Source: Myxococcota bacterium (GTDB taxonomy: Bacteria > Myxococcota_A > SURF-8). From it: DNA of 64,000 nucleotides. The translations under genes and the position numbers were made by a program. Every line of letters starts with the position of its first letter. The stretch's first letter is position 1. The notes below the pieces were generated by a model, which worked only from the letters and a program-made list of their open reading frames with translations, was not told the DNA's origin and searched no databases. Location of the stretch: NCBI GenBank assembly GCA_965140415.1, contig OZ223209.1, positions 2,464,001-2,528,000 on the forward strand. The letters run 5' to 3'. Shown piece after piece: positions 36,431 to 44,418 of the stretch.

Positions 36431-38125
36431 TTATTTTCCGTAAGCGCCGATGTTGGCCAGTGCCATGCTTCCAGGGCTTACCGTGGTCGGATCGGTCATT
36501 ACGTTGACGATGCAGGGCAGGCCGCTGGCGAAGGCTTCTTCCAAAGCCGGGCGGATGTCCGCAGGTTTGTCCACGTAAAAGCCTTTGCCGCCCAATGCTT
36601 CGATGGTCTTGTGATACGGAACTTCGCCGATCCAGGTGCCGTCGGGAATGGCGTGACCCATGCGCAGTTCCTGGCTGTGGCGAATCATGCCCCAACCCAA
36701 ATCGTTACTGATAACCACGACGATGGGAAGCTTTTTGCGTAGCGCGGTTTCAAGCTCCATGAAGTTGAAGCCGATGGAACCGTCACCGATCTCCAGCAGT
36801 ACACGACTGTCCGGGTATTGCAATTTGGCGGCATTGGCGAAGGGCAGACCCACGCCCAGGCAGCCGTACAAGCCGGAATCCATGTAATGACCGGAAGTGC
36901 GGATCGTGCGAGTCATGCCCATCCAGCACTGCGTATCGCCACCGTCGGCCACCACCACATCGTCGGGGCGGTCCATGAAATCGTTGATTTCTTTGGCAAG
37001 GCGCAACGGATGAATCGGCACGTTGTCGCTTTCCCAATTGTGTTTTTCCATGGTTTTGGCCATGTCGTGGTTTTCACGCATCATCGCAACCCACGGTTCG
37101 AACTTGCCCTTCAGGGTCGCGGAGAGATCCTGCTCGTCCACAATGCGGTTCAACTCTTTCATCAGTGACTTGATGTCGCTGCAAATCGGTAGATCGACTT
37201 TACGGTTACGACCGAGTTCGGCAGCATCGATATCGACCTGGATCAGTTTCGTTGTGGGCTGAATCAGGTTACCGAACATGTAATACAAGCTGATGCGGTT
37301 GCCGAGGAAGATGATGGCATCGCTCATCGTTTGGGCGAACAGGGTGCCACCGGGGCGAATACCGATGGAGGATTCGAAGCACAGCGGGTGCTCATCGGAA
37401 AGAATGCCACGGGCCATCGAGGAGGTGAACACCGGAATGTTCGTTTTCTCGACGAATTCGGTCAGTTCTTTTTCTGCATCCGCATACCAGGCACCGTTTC
37501 CGGCGATGATCGTCGGTTGGTTGCAGCCTTTGAGCAGTTCGATCAATTTCGCAGCGCCGTCAAGATCCACCGGCTTGGAATCCGGGATCGTACTGGGGAC
37601 GGGACCGTCGATTTCGTCGACTTCGGCGTTCAAGATGTCGACCGGAAGTTCCAAGTACACCGGACCGGGGCGACCGGCGATGGCCGTACGGTAGGCCATA
37701 TCGATGAACTCAGGGATACGGCTGGGGGTATGGCACACATACGCTTTTTTCACCATCGGTTCGATAATGGGTGCCTGACGCATGTCCTGAAGGTCCAGTT
37801 TTTCGCAGGCGGTGACACCGACACAGCCGGAGATCAGCAGCAAGGGCGAATTGGCCTGAAAGGCGTTTGCAACCGAAGTCAGCGCATTGGTGAATCCGGG
37901 ACCGGCAGTGACCATCGCGACGCCGGGTTTGCGATTAAGGCGACCATAGGCTTCCGCCATAAATACGGCGGCCTGCTCGTGGCGTGTATCGAACAGCCGA
38001 ATAGGCGTGTCTTCAAGATACTGGTAAATCGGTGTGATGTGACCGCCGCTCAAAGTAAAGATGACGTCAATGCCTTTTTCGATCAAGGCTTTTGCTGCTA
38101 AAGCGGCTCCGATAGTTTTTCCCAT
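36431..38125 (-). CDS. TPP-dependent enzyme, 2-hydroxyacyl-CoA lyase/IlvB-like
   Basis: FTLSGGHI, TRHEQAA, TAGPGFTN, GRPGPVYLELP, GDGSIGF...VISND. Confidence 0.88.
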   Translation of the reverse strand: MGKTIGAALAAKALIEKGIDVIFTLSGGHITPIYQYLEDTPIRLFDTRHEQAAVFMAEAYGRLNRKPGVAMVTAGPGFTNALTSVANAFQANSPLLLISGCVGVTACEKLDLQDMRQAPIIEPMVKKAYVCHTPSRIPEFIDMAYRTAIAGRPGPVYLELPVDILNAEVDEIDGPVPSTIPDSKPVDLDGAAKLIELLKGCNQPTIIAGNGAWYADAEKELTEFVEKTNIPVFTSSMARGILSDEHPLCFESSIGIRPGGTLFAQTMSDAIIFLGNRISLYYMFGNLIQPTTKLIQVDIDAAELGRNRKVDLPICSDIKSLMKELNRIVDEQDLSATLKGKFEPWVAMMRENHDMAKTMEKHNWESDNVPIHPLRLAKEINDFMDRPDDVVVADGGDTQCWMGMTRTIRTSGHYMDSGLYGCLGVGLPFANAAKLQYPDSRVLLEIGDGSIGFNFMELETALRKKLPIVVVISNDLGWGMIRHSQELRMGHAIPDGTWIGEVPYHKTIEALGGKGFYVDKPADIRPALEEAFASGLPCIVNVMTDPTTVSPGSMALANIGAYGK

Positions 38126-38150
38126 AATAACCTCCGTAAGAATTTAAGAA

Positions 38151-38984
38151 TCACAGTTCCATTATTTGTCCGCCGGTCACGTTGATCGCCTGACCGGTAA
38201 TATACGAGGATGCATCCGACGCTAAGAACGCAACCAGGCTGCCGACTTCTGCCGGTTTGCCGATGCGGTTCAAGGGGATGGTTTTACACATTTCGGCCTC
38301 GCGTTCCTCAACGGTGCCGCCCAGTACTTCCGCTTCCAGACCGAAACGCCATTTTTCCAGATCGGTGGCGATTTGTCCGGGGCAGATCGCATTGACACGA
38401 ATGCCGGTTTGACCCAGTTCCATTGCCAAAACTTTGGTCAACATGTTGACGCCTGCTTTAGCGACAGCGTATGCACCATTGTAAGCTGCCGGAGTTTTTC
38501 CGGCGCGGGAAGAGGTGTTGATGATCGATGCGTTTTGACCGAACATCATTGGCAGCAGGGCGCGAGTGACGCGAAACACACTGTGCAGGTTGACGTCAAT
38601 CGTGCGCATCCAGGCGGCTTCGTCGTACATGGCCACCATGTTTGGAACTCCGAAAGAAGCACCGGCGTTGTTACAGAGAATCTGGACGCTGCCGAATTTC
38701 TCTTGAATGGTCTGGGCCATTTTGGCGATCATGTCGGAATCTTGAACGTCCAAAGGAACGGCAAGTGCTTCAACGCCATATTTTTCTTTAAGTTCCTGCG
38801 CAATGCTTTCCGATTCTTCCATCGATCCGGTATCCACCGGCAGATCGCTTTGTTTCGCAGGAAGATCCGCGATAACGATATTTGCTCCGTAAGAGGCCAG
38901 TTTCTCAGCAATGGCAAATCCGATACCGGTGCGTTTTCCCGCACCTGTCACCACTGCACATTTACCTTTCAAGTCGCTGTACAT
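38151..38984 (-). CDS. Short-chain dehydrogenase/reductase
   Basis: TGAGKRTGIG, NNAG, YAVAK, NAICPG, YITGQ; AAGGAG RBS before ATG 38984. Confidence 0.93.
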   Translation of the reverse strand: MYSDLKGKCAVVTGAGKRTGIGFAIAEKLASYGANIVIADLPAKQSDLPVDTGSMEESESIAQELKEKYGVEALAVPLDVQDSDMIAKMAQTIQEKFGSVQILCNNAGASFGVPNMVAMYDEAAWMRTIDVNLHSVFRVTRALLPMMFGQNASIINTSSRAGKTPAAYNGAYAVAKAGVNMLTKVLAMELGQTGIRVNAICPGQIATDLEKWRFGLEAEVLGGTVEEREAEMCKTIPLNRIGKPAEVGSLVAFLASDASSYITGQAINVTGGQIMEL

Positions 38985-39387
38985 GAACTTCTCCTTTCGA
39001 CTAACGAGATCGCGATTGCAAACTTGGCGATGATTGATTGTTTCGCTTGCTGATTTAACTGACACTGCCGTCTTGTTTATAGTTAATCAGGGAGGGGTAA
39101 GGCAAGTATATTTTGCATTTATAGAAAAAAACGAACTTTTTAACAATTCTGTCGTAGCAGAATAAACCGCAGCGAGATGAATCTTAACTTATGTCCACTT
39201 CAAATCGTAATTGGAATCCGATCCGGTTCAAGGTGCGAATCTCCATTTTTTTTCAATCGGTTGATTTTTCCAGTAACAAGCGTAGAATGAGTTTGCAACA
39301 TCGAATCGACATAGTTGTGCATATCGAACAAAATTAGGAAATATTCAAACTCAGGCAATTCGCGCATATAGCGGGAGGAGGCAGAGA

Positions 39388-40692
39388 ATGTCGGAACAGC
39401 GCCAGTCCTGGTCGGAACTGTGGAAAAAGGAAGATTGGTGGGCGATTTGGTTTGCCGCGTTGTTACTGTTTGGAATTGGGATCGGTGGAATCGTTGCCGT
39501 TCCCAAAGTCGGTAAATGGGTGGATAACCCATTGACCGCTTTCCCTTCGGATTTGATTCTGCCGCTGATTCTCTTGTTTCTTGGTTTGGGAGTGCTCACC
39601 ACCATCGGCATGGCGGTGATGAAGGAAGATTGGAAACGGTACATACCGGGCTTTGCAATTATCTTCCTGATTGCCGTGTTCTCCAACTTCATGGCGCATC
39701 AGGCTTCGATGAAAGCCTGGGGTGTCGGATACGCGATCTGGGCGCTGTTTTTCGGCCTACTGATTTCAAACACCATTGGAACGCCAAAATGGTTGTTGAA
39801 AGGCGCGAAATCCGAAATGTTCATCAAGACAGGTCTGGTGCTGCTCGGTGCGGAAATTCTTTTCGGTAAAATTCTCAAACTCGGTGGACCGGGTCTGGTC
39901 GTTGCCTGGATTGTGACTCCAACCGTCATCATTTTCATGTGGTATTTCGGTACGCGGTTTTTAAAGATTACCAGCAAGCCTCTGGTAATCATTATTGCTG
40001 CTGCTACGTCGGTGTGTGGCGTTTCGGCGGCTATTGCAACCGCCGCTGCCAGTCGTGCGAAAAAAGAGGAACTCACATTGGCCGTGGGTATGACAATGAT
40101 TTTCACGGTAATCATGATGATCGGCATGCCTGCCTTGGCCAAGGTGATGGGTATTTCTCCTCAAGTAGGTGGTGCATGGCTAGGTGGGACCATCGATTCA
40201 ACCGGTGCGGTTGTGGCAAGTGGTGCGCTGCTTGGACCGGATGCGGAAAAAGTGGCGGCGGTGGTCAAAATGATTCAGAACGTCTTGATCGGATTCGTCG
40301 GGTTTTTGGTAGCGGTTGCCTGGGTGACCAAGATCGATCGAGATCCCAATGCGCCGAGACCCAGCCTGATGGAGATCTGGTATCGTTTTCCCAAATTCAT
40401 TCTTGGTTTCGTGATGGCATCGCTGGTTTTCAGTTTCATTCTGATGCCGACGATCGGTGATACGGCAACTGCCGAGATTCTCAATCTTTCCAAGGTGTTT
40501 CGTGGTTGGTTTTTCTGCCTGGCTTTCGTAAGCATCGGGTTGGAGTCGAACTTTAGAGATCTTGCCAGTCAGATGGTTGGAGGCAAACCGATTGTTCTGT
40601 ATATCATCGGTCAATCCTTCAATATTATTTTGACCCTGTTTGCAGCCTGGTTGGCCTTTGGTGGGGTTCTGTTCGATAAGATCATCCTGTAA
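39388..40692 (+). CDS. YeiH/UPF0324-family putative sulfate/sulfite exporter
   Basis: WKKEDWWAIW, IKTGLVLLGA, SVCGVSAAIA, GGTIDSTGAV, VKMIQN, RFPKFILGF. Confidence 0.88.
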   Translation: MSEQRQSWSELWKKEDWWAIWFAALLLFGIGIGGIVAVPKVGKWVDNPLTAFPSDLILPLILLFLGLGVLTTIGMAVMKEDWKRYIPGFAIIFLIAVFSNFMAHQASMKAWGVGYAIWALFFGLLISNTIGTPKWLLKGAKSEMFIKTGLVLLGAEILFGKILKLGGPGLVVAWIVTPTVIIFMWYFGTRFLKITSKPLVIIIAAATSVCGVSAAIATAAASRAKKEELTLAVGMTMIFTVIMMIGMPALAKVMGISPQVGGAWLGGTIDSTGAVVASGALLGPDAEKVAAVVKMIQNVLIGFVGFLVAVAWVTKIDRDPNAPRPSLMEIWYRFPKFILGFVMASLVFSFILMPTIGDTATAEILNLSKVFRGWFFCLAFVSIGLESNFRDLASQMVGGKPIVLYIIGQSFNIILTLFAAWLAFGGVLFDKIIL

Positions 40693-40956
40693 GTGAGTGT
40701 GCAGATGACTACGACACTTCGGAATTGGTTGTGGTTCGGTGGAATTCTCGTACTGGTTTTCGGGCTGGTGGCGGGAGCGCACCGTTATAGTGCGGGCTTG
40801 CCTGGGATTGCCGGAGAAACCTACCGACAAAATATCGAGCAGAACATCGAAGCGACAGCGCTGATTTATACGGAATCAGGCAATGTTCGTGACTATCTGG
40901 ACCGGGAACATGGGAAATATGGTTTCGAAATCGATATGAGCGGGCATTTGAAATAG
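40693..40956 (+). CDS. Small membrane-anchored hypothetical protein
   Basis: One TM helix, abuts the YeiH stop; ATALIYTE segment. The start may be ATG 40705. Confidence 0.55.
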   Translation: MSVQMTTTLRNWLWFGGILVLVFGLVAGAHRYSAGLPGIAGETYRQNIEQNIEATALIYTESGNVRDYLDREHGKYGFEIDMSGHLK

Positions 40957-40959
40957 GAT

Positions 40960-42372
40960 TCAGGGGCGGTTGCTCTCGGAACTGGCGCTTTGCTGGCATA
41001 AGCGTTGATCGTTTCGCTGAATGACGCGCACGATGGTTTTTAGAAATTTCTCCTGCTCCGGGCGTATGATATCGCCATCGAAACAGATGGCATAGCGTTC
41101 GCTGGTGGCGTATGCCTGGCTCTGGTTGGGCTCTACGAGCACTAATCCCAATGAATTGCCATTGTGATGCTTGAAGTGGACTCTGATCGTCTTGGAAACG
41201 GTTTCGATACTTTCCAGCAACCAGCCGCCGATCGGTTTCGTTTCGTTGAAGGGGGCGATCAGATTCCGAACGTCATCGTCCGACAGCATGGTTTCCGTTG
41301 AATTCCGACTCAGAAAGTCGTCCCACTGTTCCGCTGTTACCGGTTGAAACTCATCCCAACCAAAATGTGTGATATAGCGAGACTGAACACCGGGGCAATA
41401 ATCCTTCAGTACGCAATCATTGCAGGCTTTTCGCTTGGTCATGCTGCCGTCGCCAAAATTCCAGACAGAGCGCCGGTTCTTGTTCATCAAATGCAGGGTT
41501 TCATGCTGGCCGAACAATTTGGTGGGCATCTGTAGCGAAATGCAAAGCGGAATATGCAGGATCTGAATCGGCATGGCCAGCGTTCGTGGCGACCAATTCG
41601 CAACGTTATCGACCAGGGAAGAAAAGGATTCCACCATTTCTTTTAATGTTGCTTCGTTCTGTTCCGGAATTCGATAGTAGAGCAGGGTGATGCTATCCGG
41701 TAGATACGAGTTGAAGAACGCCAGTATTTCTTCAAGGTAGGGAGCATTTTGCTTGAGAATCACGCAGTGCAGATCGAAACGCAGATTGCGCCCCTGTGAA
41801 ATGACGTCCCGAATGTTACCCAGCGCTTTGTGAACCAGGGCGAAACTGCCGGAATGACCGGCGAGCACATCGTGAATTTCCGGGCGGTCCCCGTGAATGC
41901 TGATTTCCAGATAATTCAATCCGGCATCCAGCAGGCGGTTCAAGTACTGCATGCTGGAAAACATGTTGCCGTTACTGCCGACACTGATGCGTTTGAAGCC
42001 CATCTCGTATGCGGTTTGGATAAACAGGGGAAGCTTGGAGTTGGTTGTCGGTTCGTGACCGCCAAAGCGCAGCCAGGCATCCAATGGCACGGTGTCCAGA
42101 TAGCGTTTTAGCTGATCGCTGTTCTGAATGGCGAACGATTTCGCATCCTGACCGATCCCTTCCAGGCGATCCACACAGAAGATGCAACGATTGTTGCAGC
42201 CGATGCCGACGGAAAGTTCATAAACTTTCGTGCGGGCGTTTTCGTCGAGATCGACGGGGGATCGCATGGGCTTGTCGGACACTTCCTGCTCCTGTTCGTT
42301 GACGACTGCTTCTCCGCATGAAAAGGCGGTCAGAGCAAAACCACTGTACCGATTGCGCAGAGATCCTGTCAA
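40960..42372 (-). CDS. Radical SAM protein with C-terminal Cys cluster (HxsC-like); true start probably downstream of 42372
   Basis: CNNRCIFC, GGHEPT, SIHG...HD, PLC, CNDCVLKDYCPGV...Y...FG..EF.P. Confidence 0.88.
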   Translation of the reverse strand: MTGSLRNRYSGFALTAFSCGEAVVNEQEQEVSDKPMRSPVDLDENARTKVYELSVGIGCNNRCIFCVDRLEGIGQDAKSFAIQNSDQLKRYLDTVPLDAWLRFGGHEPTTNSKLPLFIQTAYEMGFKRISVGSNGNMFSSMQYLNRLLDAGLNYLEISIHGDRPEIHDVLAGHSGSFALVHKALGNIRDVISQGRNLRFDLHCVILKQNAPYLEEILAFFNSYLPDSITLLYYRIPEQNEATLKEMVESFSSLVDNVANWSPRTLAMPIQILHIPLCISLQMPTKLFGQHETLHLMNKNRRSVWNFGDGSMTKRKACNDCVLKDYCPGVQSRYITHFGWDEFQPVTAEQWDDFLSRNSTETMLSDDDVRNLIAPFNETKPIGGWLLESIETVSKTIRVHFKHHNGNSLGLVLVEPNQSQAYATSERYAICFDGDIIRPEQEKFLKTIVRVIQRNDQRLCQQSASSESNRP

Positions 42373-42519
42373 GGGTATCCAACCAAGATGAATGGAAATT
42401 ATTATGAAATCAGGTTGTTGTTCCGATTTCTGTCGCTTGGCGTGATGCTGCCGCTTGTGCGGATGGGGTGCATGGTTTAGGATGATGCTTGATAATCAGA
42501 TTATTGATAAGGCATTGCA

Positions 42520-44415
42520 ATGAATTTCGATTTAAAGGATCGAGTTGTTTTAATGACCGGGGCAACCGGTGGGTTGGGGCGGGAACTGACTCGCCTGCTT
42601 CACGAGCGAGGGGCGCGGTTGGTGCTGACGGGACGTCATTATGACGCTTTGCTTGAATTGATCGAATCTCTACCTGACCCGACAAGGGCGAAGGCTCTCG
42701 ATGCGGATTTGACGAAACCGGGAGCAGGTGAGCGTCTGGCTGCTCTCGCAATGGAAGCCTATGGGCAGATCGACGTGCTGGTGAATAACGCCGGGATGGG
42801 TTATTTCGCCACGATGGAGCAGGCGACGGAGGAGCGCATTCGGCAGGTATTCGAGTTGAATATGTTTACTCCGTTGCTGTTGTCAAAGGTTTTGCTACCT
42901 CACATGACAGAGAAGGGGGAAGGGCGTATTGTAAACATCGTTTCAAGCGCCGGGCGAGTTCCGATTCCGACGGTGGGCGTGTACGGTGGCAGCAAATCAG
43001 CGCTGGCAATTATGGCCAATACGATGAGGCTGGAGTTGCAGTCCGGTCCGGTCAAGGTCATCAATATCTATCCGGGGACCGTACAAACGGCTTTTGAAAA
43101 GAACGCATTACGAGAGGAAACCCGCAGTGGCCTTTCGGTAAACGCCAGCTCGGGGCGTCCACCGGAAGTGGCGGCGGCTTTGATCGTGGATGGCATTTGC
43201 GGAGAAGCGGGGGAACTCTGGCTGGAACGGGAAGGGCGTTGGATGGCCGGGGCTGCGATCTTGTGGCCATCGCTTGTAGAGCGCCGACTGGCTCCGCTGG
43301 CGAAGAGGGTTTTAACACCTGCCGATGAACCGAAAGCGCCGGAATTGCGACGCTGGAAACTGTGGCAGGTGGAAAGCAGCTTCGCTTGCAATCTGCAATG
43401 TGTCATGTGTCCGTGGCAGCAGATGCGCCTTGAATTGGGCGATTCCGGGTTGATGTCGGATGAAATATGGCAGGCGGTAGAAGCGCAATTGCCGGAAATT
43501 CAGTCTATCGACTTTTCCGGTGGCGGGGAACCGTTGTTGTTGCCCAATCTGGCCGAGCGAATTTCCCAGGCCAAGGCTGCGGGCTGTGAAGCGGGTTTTC
43601 TGACCAATGGTAGTTTGTTGAATGAAAAACGGGCGCGGGAGATGCTGGAAGCGGGTGTGGACTGGATTTCCTTCAGCCTTGACGGGGCGGATCGGGAAAC
43701 TTACGAGTCGATACGGAAAGGCGCAAACTTTAACCGGGTGACGGAGAATATTCTTAGAATGAGCCGCCTGCGGGTCGGACGCAGTCCGCGTATCGCGATC
43801 CAGTTCGTGATTATGAAAAGCAATATGCATCAGTTGGACGAGATCGTGCAGTTGGCCAAACGCCTTGGCGTCGAGCAGGTGACATTCAAGCAATGCGATG
43901 TGATTCGCGGTCAATATGGAGATCAACTCGGTGTGTTCGATATTCGCGAAACGGACCAGCTCAAGCGATTGAACAAGGCATTGATGAGAGCGCGCAAGCG
44001 GGCGCGTCGGTTGGGTATCGAAACGGCGGCGTTTTCCTTTACTCCCGATGAACAATCGGTCTGCGATCAGGACCCGCGCCGTTCCTGGTTCGTTCGCTAT
44101 GATGGCTTTGTTGCGCCCTGTATCAACTTGGCCTATGGTGGAGAAACGAGCTTTTTAGGGGAATCGGCCATGATGCCAACCGTGCATTACGGTCGCTTGC
44201 CCGATGATTCGGCTTTGAAGCTGTGGGAGTCGGAACGAAGTCTGCTGTACCGGGAGCGTTTCGAGAAGAGAGTGAAGATATACGATCAGAAACTGGTGGA
44301 CGCCGGATTCGAAACCTCGTTACATCGATTGGAAGAAGCCTTCGAGAAAGCTCGGGCTGCGATGCCCGAACCTCCCGAAGGCTGCCGGTTCTGTCATTAT
44401 CTTTACGATATCTGA
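42520..44415 (+). CDS. SDR oxidoreductase-radical SAM/SPASM fusion protein
   Basis: TGATGGLG, NNAG, YGGSK in the N-half; CNLQCVMC, SGGGEP, SLDG, C...DG.V.PC...CRFC in the C-half; single continuous ORF. Confidence 0.88.
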   Translation: MNFDLKDRVVLMTGATGGLGRELTRLLHERGARLVLTGRHYDALLELIESLPDPTRAKALDADLTKPGAGERLAALAMEAYGQIDVLVNNAGMGYFATMEQATEERIRQVFELNMFTPLLLSKVLLPHMTEKGEGRIVNIVSSAGRVPIPTVGVYGGSKSALAIMANTMRLELQSGPVKVINIYPGTVQTAFEKNALREETRSGLSVNASSGRPPEVAAALIVDGICGEAGELWLEREGRWMAGAAILWPSLVERRLAPLAKRVLTPADEPKAPELRRWKLWQVESSFACNLQCVMCPWQQMRLELGDSGLMSDEIWQAVEAQLPEIQSIDFSGGGEPLLLPNLAERISQAKAAGCEAGFLTNGSLLNEKRAREMLEAGVDWISFSLDGADRETYESIRKGANFNRVTENILRMSRLRVGRSPRIAIQFVIMKSNMHQLDEIVQLAKRLGVEQVTFKQCDVIRGQYGDQLGVFDIRETDQLKRLNKALMRARKRARRLGIETAAFSFTPDEQSVCDQDPRRSWFVRYDGFVAPCINLAYGGETSFLGESAMMPTVHYGRLPDDSALKLWESERSLLYRERFEKRVKIYDQKLVDAGFETSLHRLEEAFEKARAAMPEPPEGCRFCHYLYDI

Positions 44416-44418
44416 TCG

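Noticed and set aside
36431-40692. Sulfonate degradation (Xsc plus sulfite exporter) interpretation
   Set aside because: The TPP enzyme looks IlvB/HACL-like by its N-terminal motif, and no phosphotransacetylase or taurine genes are nearby; the YeiH exporter alone is insufficient. Not excluded without phylogeny.
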